Below are positions 1 to 8,431 of a stretch of 64,000 bases of DNA, piece by piece. A program made the translations under genes and the position numbers. This DNA comes from an uncultured virus (IMG/VR IMGVR_UViG_3300027785_001786) (taxonomy: Duplodnaviria > Heunggongvirae > Uroviricota > Caudoviricetes). Location of the stretch: IMG/VR virus record IMGVR_UViG_3300027785_001786; one strand, 5' to 3'. The notes under the pieces are model-generated. The model made no database searches and was not told where the DNA came from. It saw nothing but the letters and a program-made list of their open reading frames with translations. Within the stretch, counting starts at the first letter, position 1, and each line of letters begins with the position of its first letter.

Positions 1-470
1 TCACCTACACCGTTATACTGACTTACATTATGCTTAATCAATTGTGCAAAGTCGCCGTCTGTGCTGATAATAACGTGCTTTGCATCTGGATGTGCTTGTG
101 TCCAGCCAGCAATTAAATCGTCTGCTTCTAAACGTGGGTGCTGTAATACTGTACAGTTAGTTTTTTCTGTAACAAACTTTTTAAACTCATCAAATGCTTC
201 CCAGAACAATTTATCTTCATCTTGTTCTCGTTGTGTCATTGCCGCACGAGTTTCTTGTCTGTTAGCTTTGTAAGGCGTATAAAAATCTTTGCGCCACGAT
301 CTGCCCTCGAGACAGAACACCACATGAGTACCGCCAAAGTCATGCCATGCTTTTTTGATACTGTTAAGTGTAATGTGAAAGGCCATGCCTAACTTAATGT
401 CAGCACTGCCTTGAACTACGTGTCTAGCACGAAAGAATGTGTTAGCTGTATCGACTATAATATAAGTCAT
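1..470 (-). CDS. rnh: T4 RNase H-like 5'-3' exonuclease/flap endonuclease, truncated by the window edge
   Basis: Translated by hand (not in the ORF track): MTYIIVDTANTFFRARH...SWRKDFYTPYKANR...LEADDLIAGW...IISTDGDFAQL, which carries the FEN/5'-3' exonuclease motifs YKANR, EADD and STDGD. The ATG overlaps the upstream TGA. Confidence 0.9.
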   Translation of the reverse strand, partial: MTYIIVDTANTFFRARHVVQGSADIKLGMAFHITLNSIKKAWHDFGGTHVVFCLEGRSWRKDFYTPYKANRQETRAAMTQREQDEDKLFWEAFDEFKKFVTEKTNCTVLQHPRLEADDLIAGWTQAHPDAKHVIISTDGDFAQLIKHNVSQYNGVG

Positions 471-1042
471 GTATAATATTCCATATCTGCCGCAAATACA
501 AACCGGAATTCTTTTGAGTCAGTAATTCCGGGCCTATGCCATAGTTTACTTGGATATACGATCCAAGTCAAGTCTTTTGGTTTTAAGTAAAAGTCAGCAT
601 CACGATTTGGCCAATTCATACTAAATTCAGTGCCTGTTAGTTCTGGATTTGATGTTTGGGGTATGTGTACGTACCAAAGGCCACTTACTGTATTGGTAGT
701 ATTATTGTTGTCACTAACATGGTGATTGTGCCAAAGTATTTCTCTATCGTCAACAGTTTCGGAGTTAGTCATAAACACCCAACTCATTAAGTTTTTAATT
801 TTTACTTCTTTTCCTAAAAACATAAAGCAAGAGTATATAAAACTCTGGCGCATTTTAAGCATAACAGGATCTTGTCTAAAGAATAAATTTTCTTTAGTTT
901 GATACTTTGGGCTATTAGTAAAATAGTTTCCTGCTGAAATAATTTCTTCAGCAATGGTTATTAACTGACGGTTGTCCTCTTGATTAATCAGAGAGCTAAA
1001 ATCATAACGATCAATATATTCGTTTGATTCTAAAATGTTCAT
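467..1042 (-). CDS. putative 2OG-Fe(II) oxygenase-like protein
   Basis: WHNHH ... SGLWYVHIP ... GTEF ... YPSKLWHRP ... RFVFA pattern, typical of double-stranded beta-helix oxygenases. Confidence 0.6.
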   Translation of the reverse strand: MNILESNEYIDRYDFSSLINQEDNRQLITIAEEIISAGNYFTNSPKYQTKENLFFRQDPVMLKMRQSFIYSCFMFLGKEVKIKNLMSWVFMTNSETVDDREILWHNHHVSDNNNTTNTVSGLWYVHIPQTSNPELTGTEFSMNWPNRDADFYLKPKDLTWIVYPSKLWHRPGITDSKEFRFVFAADMEYYT

Positions 1043-1491
1043 TCTACTTGTGCCTTGTTATCTGCTAGTCTAGTAACGTTGATAAATCCTGCCGACCGAT
1101 TTGCGTCCATGCCTTCATCGGATAACATGTTTCGAACAATATCTCTAAACCAACGATCTACAATTTCTTCTTCTGGGTCTCCGTCAAATCCGTAGCCGTT
1201 CTTTTTTAATTCAGTAATAAAGTATTCATTCCAGTCAAGTTCAAAAAATCCGTTGCGTGGATTATCCTTATTAACCTTAGTATCCATTACGTTAACCCAT
1301 GCTTCTTTTCTAATAGTAGCACGTTCTTTTGGAGTCCGTTTAACTTCATCTAAGGCATCTTGCGCCGCTACTGCTTCTTTGATTTTTTGTGCGGCAAGTT
1401 TTTCAGCAACCGCTACTTCAGCAGTGGCTAATACTTTAGCATCTTCTAAAGCCTGTAATCCTGTAATCTTTTTAAATAATTTTTTAAACAT
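1039..1491 (-). CDS. hypothetical phage protein
   Basis: ORF coupled on both sides. Likely start MFKKLF at 1491 overlaps the queE stop (TAATG). Confidence 0.75.
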   Translation of the reverse strand: MFKKLFKKITGLQALEDAKVLATAEVAVAEKLAAQKIKEAVAAQDALDEVKRTPKERATIRKEAWVNVMDTKVNKDNPRNGFFELDWNEYFITELKKNGYGFDGDPEEEIVDRWFRDIVRNMLSDEGMDANRSAGFINVTRLADNKAQVE

Positions 1492-2345
1492 TAAGTTCCC
1501 CACTCATTTTTAAATAACGGTACTTGTAATCTGTCACTGTAACGTAGTCCGTTTTTCATAGCCAATATTGCTACATTTTTATTATTCATTGCGTAGACAC
1601 TTTCTACTCCGCCTACTGGCATTAGATAAACGTGTCCTTTAAATCCTGCTTGACGATATGCCTCAATAGCATGTTCCGCATCAGCAAAGTCTTGTTCAGT
1701 GGCAATGACAAACTTCAAATATGCTGTGCCAACTTCTTCATATTCACAAACTACTTCTGGTAGAATTGCTTCTTCCCACACTTCGCCGCTACATGGAAGT
1801 TTAGCACTTACACTAAATGTAAGTTCTCTGCCTACTACACTATTCCACTTTTTCAAGAAGCCTTTAAACTCTGGTGTAAGTTTCTGAGTACCATTTGTTT
1901 CAAATGTGATCTCTTTCAAATCACGCATCTTAGTATTGTTAATCAAATCTGGATAAGCACGTTGCCAACCCAGCAAAGGCTCGCCACCTGTGATAACCAA
2001 GTGTTCATCTTTCCAATGATCCTGCGGAAGAATTTCACAAATACGATCTGCGATTGCTTCGCTTGTCAGCATAGGCGACAACTCTTTAAAGTCTGGATGC
2101 CAACTGGCATAGCTGTCACAGCCTGTGCTGACTAACGGCAAGTCTTCATATTTTGTAAACGGCGTAATCATTTTATGTGTGGCCGCAATGTCAGTGGCTT
2201 CGTGGCTCATTTCACCACGTGGCATACCAAAGCCAGCACACTTAAAGTTACAGCCAAATGTTCGTAAGAAAACGGATGGGACACCCATGTAACGTCCTTC
2301 ACCTTGGATACTGTAAAACAGTTCCGCTATTTTAATTTTGCTCAT
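1491..2345 (-). CDS. queE: 7-carboxy-7-deazaguanine synthase (radical SAM)
   Basis: ELFYSIQGEG, VFLRTFGCNFKC...GCDS, VITGGEPLL, FETNGT, YLMP and RLQVPLF motifs. Confidence 0.93.
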   Translation of the reverse strand: MSKIKIAELFYSIQGEGRYMGVPSVFLRTFGCNFKCAGFGMPRGEMSHEATDIAATHKMITPFTKYEDLPLVSTGCDSYASWHPDFKELSPMLTSEAIADRICEILPQDHWKDEHLVITGGEPLLGWQRAYPDLINNTKMRDLKEITFETNGTQKLTPEFKGFLKKWNSVVGRELTFSVSAKLPCSGEVWEEAILPEVVCEYEEVGTAYLKFVIATEQDFADAEHAIEAYRQAGFKGHVYLMPVGGVESVYAMNNKNVAILAMKNGLRYSDRLQVPLFKNEWGT

Positions 2346-2731
2346 ACACAATCCTGTTCATTTGCCATTTTCTTTATTGTAGCACGTTCTTCTTTGTTTT
2401 GTCTAGCATTACGAAAAACAGTAACATCTTCAATGGCACTTTTCAAAGTTTCAGCATAATTAAGAGCTTGTTGTTTGGTCAAACATACTGTTGATTCGGT
2501 ATCGATATAACCTTTGGTCAACAATGTCCAAATGTGATACCAACGTGTTTTTGACCAGTAATTTGTTTTGCCTGTAGTATAAATGGTTACAGTAATATCG
2601 CCATCATCTGCTTCTACCCACATGTTATGATTGTGATTTTCATCACCGCAGTTACAAGCAATTCGATAGACTCTGCTGTCTCCCCAATCGTTTGTTTTCA
2701 TTATGCCTTCTGCCGGAGTTTGTGATTTCAT
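2342..2731 (-). CDS. hypothetical protein
   Basis: ATGA-coupled ORF with a CxC..H motif. Confidence 0.7.
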   Translation of the reverse strand: MKSQTPAEGIMKTNDWGDSRVYRIACNCGDENHNHNMWVEADDGDITVTIYTTGKTNYWSKTRWYHIWTLLTKGYIDTESTVCLTKQQALNYAETLKSAIEDVTVFRNARQNKEERATIKKMANEQDCV

Positions 2732-2946
2732 TCTACATCTTCCTCAAACCATTCATTGACCATTTGTTCTGCTTCTGTTTGCGTAAGAGCAGGCACAAAA
2801 ATTCTAGCAGATTGTCCAACTGTATGCTGAATATCAAATTTTACTACCCCGGTTGGTATATGATCGAATTCACGCTCTACTACAAATTCTTGCAAGTTCT
2901 TTGCACGATAGATCAATTGATCCGTTAAGTCTTTGGCTGTTGTCAT
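2728..2946 (-). CDS. hypothetical protein
   Basis: ATGA-coupled ORF downstream of folE. Confidence 0.7.
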   Translation of the reverse strand: MTTAKDLTDQLIYRAKNLQEFVVEREFDHIPTGVVKFDIQHTVGQSARIFVPALTQTEAEQMVNEWFEEDVE

Positions 2947-3686
2947 CTTGGGGCAAACTCCTGTTGTAGTTTAATATTATCAAAAAATTCTTTCTTTGTA
3001 TGAGGATCGTCTTTGAAGGTACCTTTGAGTACTGTAGTCTGTGTTAGACTAGAGTGTGCCATAATACCACGATTCTCGCAACATCCATGAACTGCTTGAA
3101 TGTAAACTGCTACGTTTTCGGATTCAGTTGCCTTACCAATCTCGCGGGCTATGTCGTTGCAGAGTTCTTCTTGTAGAGTACCACGCCTAGCACACCATTG
3201 AGCAATGCGAGTATACTTAGATAAACCAATGAGCTTTGCGGCAGCGATGATTCCAATATAGGCGACCCCACTAACTGGTTGATGATGATGAGAGCACATA
3301 CTGCGAAGTTCACTGCGTACAACCAACATGCCTTCGTAACGGTCTGCTGAATCATTTGGAAATGCTGTTGCGTCTGGTGCTGTTTCATATCTTCCTGCCA
3401 TTACTTCGTTAAAATACATTTTAGCTAATCGGTAAGCTGTACCTTTTGAGTTTGGATCGTTTTCACGATCAATCAGCAATCTATCCAATACCGTTTCAAA
3501 TGCCTCTGTTGCTTCTTGAATTAGTTTTGCTTTGTCGGCCTCGTTGACGTAATCACTAATGTTATCACCTGCCCAAAAGCGTTTGCCTTCACGTTTCATT
3601 TTGAAGCGAAGATGATCGCCTAGATATGCTTCTTGATAGCCGCCATCACCTGCCATAGCGTCTAATCCTGTTTCTTTATTTGTCAA
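2943..3686 (-). CDS. folE: GTP cyclohydrolase I
   Basis: SMCSHHHQP, IGLSKYTRI, LQEEL, HGCCENRG motifs. TTG start with a GGAG SD. Confidence 0.95.
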   Translation of the reverse strand: MTNKETGLDAMAGDGGYQEAYLGDHLRFKMKREGKRFWAGDNISDYVNEADKAKLIQEATEAFETVLDRLLIDRENDPNSKGTAYRLAKMYFNEVMAGRYETAPDATAFPNDSADRYEGMLVVRSELRSMCSHHHQPVSGVAYIGIIAAAKLIGLSKYTRIAQWCARRGTLQEELCNDIAREIGKATESENVAVYIQAVHGCCENRGIMAHSSLTQTTVLKGTFKDDPHTKKEFFDNIKLQQEFAPR

Positions 3687-3728
3687 TTAAATTCTCCGAT
3701 GTTAAGGCAGTGGATTGCCATATGTATT

Positions 3729-3757
3729 ATTATACATTATTATTTAGGTTTTTGCAA
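3729..3757 (-). promoter_or_regulatory. sigma70-type promoter for folE with an embedded CTAAATA late-type element
   Basis: Minus strand TTGCAA-N17-TATAAT; the spacer contains CCTAAATA. Confidence 0.7.
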
Positions 3758-3955
3758 ATTATTTGTTGCTCGAAGTTGTCTACATGCTTCGCGCATTTCG
3801 TTGGTAAAGTCCGGACTTATTTCCGAAAGTCCGCAATTGATCCAAACTCCGTCTGATTTTTTAGGTAGTGTTAAAAATATCAGTGGTATAACTACTAAAA
3901 ACACAATAGCACCTACTGCTATTCCTATATTCGCTCGGAAAGAAGAATTTTGCAT
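3740..3955 (-). CDS. small membrane protein
   Basis: N-terminal hydrophobic helix and two Cys. Confidence 0.6.
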   Translation of the reverse strand: MQNSSFRANIGIAVGAIVFLVVIPLIFLTLPKKSDGVWINCGLSEISPDFTNEMREACRQLRATNNLQKPK

Positions 3956-4131
3956 AACTCTGCATCCTTTATATTTTTAAAAGTAAAACTCATGTAATCG
4001 TGTTCCGGCCGGCTCTCATATCTATCACCCGGTAATCCAAAAACTTCTAATACCATAGCACAGGTTTCATTCCACCAGAAACCATTTTGGTTATCCCATA
4101 CTACTGTAATAGTATTATTGTTTTTGTTCAT
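3925..4131 (-). CDS. hypothetical protein
   Basis: In-operon ORF (WNETCAMVLEVFGLPGDRY). Confidence 0.65.
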   Translation of the reverse strand: MNKNNNTITVVWDNQNGFWWNETCAMVLEVFGLPGDRYESRPEHDYMSFTFKNIKDAELCKILLSERI

Positions 4132-4285
4132 GCTGTAACATTTTTAGTTCGTCCTCTAAGTATACCTTATATTCAGAAAGTATTTCTAGCTTACGACTAC
4201 TTTCTCCAGTATTACGTAGAGCTTCTAAGTCAACTATAACTTTAGCAATCTTTTCTTTAAGATCAATAATAGTTAACGAGTTCAT
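4115..4285 (-). CDS. small coiled-coil protein (56 aa)
   Basis: Translated by hand: MNSLTIIDLKEKIAKVIVDLEAL...HEQKQ. Fills the gap and is ATGA-coupled. Confidence 0.6.
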   Translation of the reverse strand: MNSLTIIDLKEKIAKVIVDLEALRNTGESSRKLEILSEYKVYLEDELKMLQHEQKQ

Positions 4286-4479
4286 TTCTTAACGCCAAAG
4301 CGCAATCCAGTTAAACTACCAAAGATTAAAAAGTAAGCGGCCCAAGTTTCCCATGTATATGGAATTGCTAACACTGGGAATAATGTATTAAGTGACCAAA
4401 TACCAAGTAATGGTCCAAATACGATTACTAACGCTACCAAAGTAAGTCCAACAATAAGTTTAATTAATGATGACATCAT
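4282..4479 (-). CDS. small membrane protein
   Basis: Two hydrophobic segments; coupled to the PRTase stop. Confidence 0.65.
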   Translation of the reverse strand: MMSSLIKLIVGLTLVALVIVFGPLLGIWSLNTLFPVLAIPYTWETWAAYFLIFGSLTGLRFGVKK

Positions 4480-4994
4480 TTCCAAAAATCCTCCCAAGGA
4501 TAAACTAACCAACAATCTTCTTCTGCTTTGTTAACTTCCCATACGGAATAGTCAACATCTTCTTTGCTACTAAGATTGTTAGTAAGTGTAGCAAAGCGTA
4601 CATTTTGTCCCCATACATGCTCCCAACGAGCATCGTTAGGCAAACAACCCGACTGCCAGTCTTGTTTAATCCAAGCAATAGTTGAACCTTGATCATTAAT
4701 GTCGTCAACGATAAGAATATTTTTACAACATGGATCACCAATTTCTGCCGCATTAAATCCAAACGCATCCTCTGCCATCCAGCAATTACTTTCGCTTTCA
4801 CCACCATCGCGTAATTGGACTTTAAGTGTTTCCATAGGAATGCCAGTGTATTGACTTAGTAAGTTTGCCGGAATTAATCCACCACGTGTAATTCCAACAA
4901 TGTAATCTGGTTTCCAATCGCCAATATTAATTTGTCTTGCAAGTTCTAACACTGCTCCTTGGATATCTTTCCATGTGTAATAAATTTTTTTCAT
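4476..4994 (-). CDS. type I purine phosphoribosyltransferase (Gpt/Hpt-like)
   Basis: IVGITRGGLIPA and the PRPP-binding loop ILIVDDINDQGST; C-terminal WLVYPWE. Confidence 0.88.
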   Translation of the reverse strand: MKKIYYTWKDIQGAVLELARQINIGDWKPDYIVGITRGGLIPANLLSQYTGIPMETLKVQLRDGGESESNCWMAEDAFGFNAAEIGDPCCKNILIVDDINDQGSTIAWIKQDWQSGCLPNDARWEHVWGQNVRFATLTNNLSSKEDVDYSVWEVNKAEEDCWLVYPWEDFWK

Positions 4995-5218
4995 TGTAAT
5001 ACTTGATCGTCATTAAACGATTTAACCTTATGTCTAGAATCACTAATAGTATCAATCATATTATTGTAGTCTTCATCATTCATAGCAGTTTTATAAATGC
5101 TAAGAGCTTGGGCCAACATAATACCGGCTACTGTCATGGCATCGTGATTAGTTAATTGATCATCTGTAAATTGAAGGTATTTGTTATATAGCTTTAACAT
5201 ATCATCATCTGAGATCAT
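4991..5218 (-). CDS. hypothetical protein, paralog of 38519-38743
   Basis: VAGIMLAQALSIYK..DYNNMIDTISDSR aligns with the second copy. Confidence 0.75.
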   Translation of the reverse strand: MISDDDMLKLYNKYLQFTDDQLTNHDAMTVAGIMLAQALSIYKTAMNDEDYNNMIDTISDSRHKVKSFNDDQVLQ

Positions 5219-5445
5219 AAAGTTAATCCGTGTGCTAGTGTTTGTAATTCTTCTTTAGTCATAAAGAAATTGTATGTTTGACTATCGGTAATCTTACCGT
5301 CTTCTAAACTTTCTTGAATAATATCAAGGCTGAACAATCCTTTAGGGCTAATAACTTCGTGTTTTGTCATGCGTACACGAAAACCTTCGTGCTCTTTAAT
5401 AGTCATTTCTTTGCGGGTGTGCGCAACTGATTCATGTAGTTCCAT
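5215..5445 (-). CDS. hypothetical protein
   Basis: Start MELHES preceded by AGGAG. Confidence 0.7.
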   Translation of the reverse strand: MELHESVAHTRKEMTIKEHEGFRVRMTKHEVISPKGLFSLDIIQESLEDGKITDSQTYNFFMTKEELQTLAHGLTL

Positions 5446-5860
5446 TGTCTTCTCCTTTAATTGATTCAAATGTTCTGTACTTTGCCAAAGCATGAATATA
5501 TTCATCATACAACTTCTTTAGCTTTGGGTGTTTAGCTTCTAGTTTAACATCTCTTTCGGGTATAGTCAATACTCGTTCAATTGTTTTTAACCGTTCTTCT
5601 AAGTCAACACCGTTAATAACCATACGACCTTTAACTTCTAACTCTGGAGGATTTTGATTAACCTTCATAACATTGTCGGTTGAGTTAGTCCAACTTGTAC
5701 CGTTCGAGCCGCCACTAAATACAAACTGACCGCTAGTAGTATTGGTTGTGTAAATCTGACCAACTGGTAATACTCCGCCAACAGTTGCTCCGGGAAGACC
5801 AGCCCCGTACAACCCATGCTTATTAATGCCAACTACAGCTTGTGGAGGAGTCCTAGCCAT
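5432..5860 (-). CDS. hypothetical protein
   Basis: In-operon ORF; C-terminal LEERLKTIE..L.IP.RD..LE..HPKLKKLY. Confidence 0.7.
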   Translation of the reverse strand: MARTPPQAVVGINKHGLYGAGLPGATVGGVLPVGQIYTTNTTSGQFVFSGGSNGTSWTNSTDNVMKVNQNPPELEVKGRMVINGVDLEERLKTIERVLTIPERDVKLEAKHPKLKKLYDEYIHALAKYRTFESIKGEDNGTT

Positions 5861-6335
5861 TTTGTTTGTGTTCGTCAAGGTACTTGTCATTATGTATCCA
5901 TTCATTATCGACAAGAAATCCCCATTCTTGTCGTTGTGGACCCGGCATAAACAAAGTCCAAGCAGTTACTCCAGGAACCAATTCGATACGATGATAGCTG
6001 TTAGAACTACAAATGCGCCAGTGACCAGGACCGCGCCAATGCTTTGTCTCTCCAACCATTTTGCCATTTTCAAAATTAGGGGTATATTCATAGTAACCGC
6101 CTTTGAGTATTAGTGTGGCATATGGCCACGGATGATCATGTACATCACCAGGATCGCCTTTGTGAAACTTGTGTAAGAACACATTAAATGGAAAATTCTT
6201 ACGTTCTTTCAAAAACAAATAATAACGAGTTAATAACGGCTCGTTACATTGCCGATCCATAATAACTCGCTTACGGTCATGACGCTCTAACCAGTTAAGG
6301 CTTAAGTCTTTTATCTTTTGGAGTATCATAATCAT
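5853..6335 (-). CDS. cupin-fold metal-binding protein
   Basis: LHKF..GD..DVHDHPW..ATLILKGGYYE...HRIEL..AWTLF. Confidence 0.7.
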   Translation of the reverse strand: MIMILQKIKDLSLNWLERHDRKRVIMDRQCNEPLLTRYYLFLKERKNFPFNVFLHKFHKGDPGDVHDHPWPYATLILKGGYYEYTPNFENGKMVGETKHWRGPGHWRICSSNSYHRIELVPGVTAWTLFMPGPQRQEWGFLVDNEWIHNDKYLDEHKQNG

Positions 6336-6702
6336 CTTTTACAAGTTTATAGACAGTTTTAAATTTTTCGTATGCTATTTTCAATCCAGGGTATTCTTCG
6401 CACATTTTTTCAATACGGTTAAAATCAGGAAGACAGTCAACCCACTCTTCTGGAAAATTTATTTTAAATGCCGAACTATCTATACTAGTTATCGAACCAA
6501 GTTGTGCAGTAGTCAAGCCTGAAATCTGTGTAGTAGTCAACGTTGACATACCACTATAATGACTAGGATAGGATACTGTGCAAGGACTATATCCACTTAT
6601 CGTAATAGTATCAGACGAACTATAAGAAAGATTACTCACATCAATAGTGTAAGTATCATTTAATGTTATTGATGAGTCCGGTTGCTGAGAAGAACTGCTC
6701 AT
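6295..6702 (-). CDS. hypothetical protein, Ser/Thr-rich N-terminus
   Basis: Overlaps both neighbours; C-terminal MCEEYPGLKIAYEKFKTVY. Confidence 0.65.
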   Translation of the reverse strand: MSSSSQQPDSSITLNDTYTIDVSNLSYSSSDTITISGYSPCTVSYPSHYSGMSTLTTTQISGLTTAQLGSITSIDSSAFKINFPEEWVDCLPDFNRIEKMCEEYPGLKIAYEKFKTVYKLVKDDYDTPKDKRLKP

Positions 6703-7753
6703 GTAAGGCCTCCGTTTGTTTACGAACTTGCGGTAAAAACTGTTCGTAATGATTCATATACTGAATGATCTTATTACACACAGCCGGCCTTGCAAAATCG
6801 TATGCTTCATAACTATCAGTCCATACACCTGGATACTTAAATGTATCAAATGCCATTTCACTGTAGCTTAATCTATCTGGTACCATTGGGATTGCATCTA
6901 CTACACATCCTTCATACCAGCTAATACCTAATGTTTCTTGTAAGTTAGCACTAAACACTAGTTTAGCTTCACCTAATAATGTATGGTATTCGTGCTTAGT
7001 AAGTTGTTTATCTTGGCAAACAACAAACTCATACTGCGGTAAATGTTGAGCTAGGTCTCTAAAGATTTCAACTTGTTTTTCCGGAGCAATACGATGCGGG
7101 AATAAAATGAGGTCACGTTTTTTTAGACCTTTATATGGTGCAAGTGTATCTTGGAAATACTCCATAGGCCATCCTGTACGCACAATCTTTGGTTCTTCAC
7201 CGTTTAATATTTCTTCCAAGTGTTCGCTATACCAAGGATTCTCTGTAGGATAATCATTTAGTAAATTTGTATAGAACATTTTGATGTGAAAGTCTGTGGC
7301 AAAGTAGTTGTGATCAAATGCGTGGAAGAAACTCTTCTCTGCATTACGAACCCAAGGCTTGTTACCAACAAGACGACCTAAGAAGTCTTGAGGATCGTAT
7401 GAACCAGCATGCCAAAGGCCATGTGTGGTTACTGGAATCTGCAACAGCTCACTCATATACTTTAAGTTTATAATGCCCGGATGCCAAGCGTCAGTAAAAA
7501 TAAAGTGGTCGCCGGGATGAACGGATCCGCTACAAAATAAACGGCCCATTTGCTCAACCTGCCGAGACTTGTATATATTGGTGCCACCAAAATTAAGAAA
7601 AGCACCAGGAGTAGTGGCTGTAGGAATATCCTCAGGGCCAGAGATAATTTGAACATTGTGTCCTGCCTTTTTAAGTAAAGCAGGTACATGAGTCTTCCAC
7701 TGACCCGTGTACCTAGTCTCAACTGATTCCAAGTCAACTAAGAAGATTGTCAT
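6656..7753 (-). CDS. glycosyltransferase (GT-B, GT4-like)
   Basis: LFPHRIAPEKQ and SANLQETLGISWYEG (EX7E motif), PDRLSYSEM. Confidence 0.8.
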   Translation of the reverse strand: MTIFLVDLESVETRYTGQWKTHVPALLKKAGHNVQIISGPEDIPTATTPGAFLNFGGTNIYKSRQVEQMGRLFCSGSVHPGDHFIFTDAWHPGIINLKYMSELLQIPVTTHGLWHAGSYDPQDFLGRLVGNKPWVRNAEKSFFHAFDHNYFATDFHIKMFYTNLLNDYPTENPWYSEHLEEILNGEEPKIVRTGWPMEYFQDTLAPYKGLKKRDLILFPHRIAPEKQVEIFRDLAQHLPQYEFVVCQDKQLTKHEYHTLLGEAKLVFSANLQETLGISWYEGCVVDAIPMVPDRLSYSEMAFDTFKYPGVWTDSYEAYDFARPAVCNKIIQYMNHYEQFLPQVRKQTEALHEQFFSATGLINNIK

Positions 7754-8023
7754 TTAGTTGTTAAAACGTGGCTTGTTGAACGTATTTTGTGGACGAGGGT
7801 TTTTGCCCAAGTACGGTTTACGTTCGCCAGTCCATGCCTTCTTAGGACGACGGCTGTTTTCAAAAGAGCGCCACACATGGCTTTCTCTATTATACAAGTC
7901 TGCTTCGTTGTACGCAAGCAACTCGATTCTACAAAAATCCAACAATGCTTCAAGATCACCGAAGATCTTAACAATGTCAGGGCGGGTTTCGAAATAATTA
8001 ATTTCTTTGTAGTTTTTAGCCAT
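7754..8023 (-). CDS. hypothetical protein with a basic C-terminus
   Basis: SD-preceded ORF abutting the glycosyltransferase gene. Confidence 0.7.
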   Translation of the reverse strand: MAKNYKEINYFETRPDIVKIFGDLEALLDFCRIELLAYNEADLYNRESHVWRSFENSRRPKKAWTGERKPYLGKNPRPQNTFNKPRFNN

Positions 8024-8035
8024 AAAGCCTTCTTA

Positions 8036-8431
8036 TTAGTATTTGATAAAAGAACCATTTTCTCCGTCTTCGGAGACTTCAATCCAGACCTCACGGCCTG
8101 GATACTTATTGGAAATCATGCCATAAAGTTCGTCTGACATCATTTCGCAACTCTTATGATCTAGCGACAAAATATTTTGTGTGCTAGAATACAGTTGTTC
8201 AAGCCATCGCTTGAATTGAATGAATTCCACATCTCTGTCATTGTGGGTGACACTAAGCCATACCCTGAAATGAAAAATATGGCGATGAGGATTAGCCAAA
8301 AACGATACATCATATTGATCTCCTGTTGCTAGGTTAGGATCTGTGGCCGCGGCCGGGTAACAATGAATACCTTCTTTACGAAAGGTAACCCAGATCATTT
8401 TGTTAGGGCGGATGTCTTGTTTAATAATCAT
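8036..8431 (-). CDS. QueD-like T-fold protein, probable CDG decarboxylase (DpdL-like)
   Basis: LANPHRHIF fits the LxxxHRHxF motif I recall for DpdL. Also RDVEFIQFK, SCEMMS and EVSEDGENG T-fold motifs. Confidence 0.72.
   Translation of the reverse strand: MIIKQDIRPNKMIWVTFRKEGIHCYPAAATDPNLATGDQYDVSFLANPHRHIFHFRVWLSVTHNDRDVEFIQFKRWLEQLYSSTQNILSLDHKSCEMMSDELYGMISNKYPGREVWIEVSEDGENGSFIKY

Noticed and set aside
7750..8094. Alternative 114-aa minus-strand ORF overlapping 7754-8023
   Set aside because: It overlaps two better-supported genes; the 89-aa frame has an SD and abuts the glycosyltransferase start.
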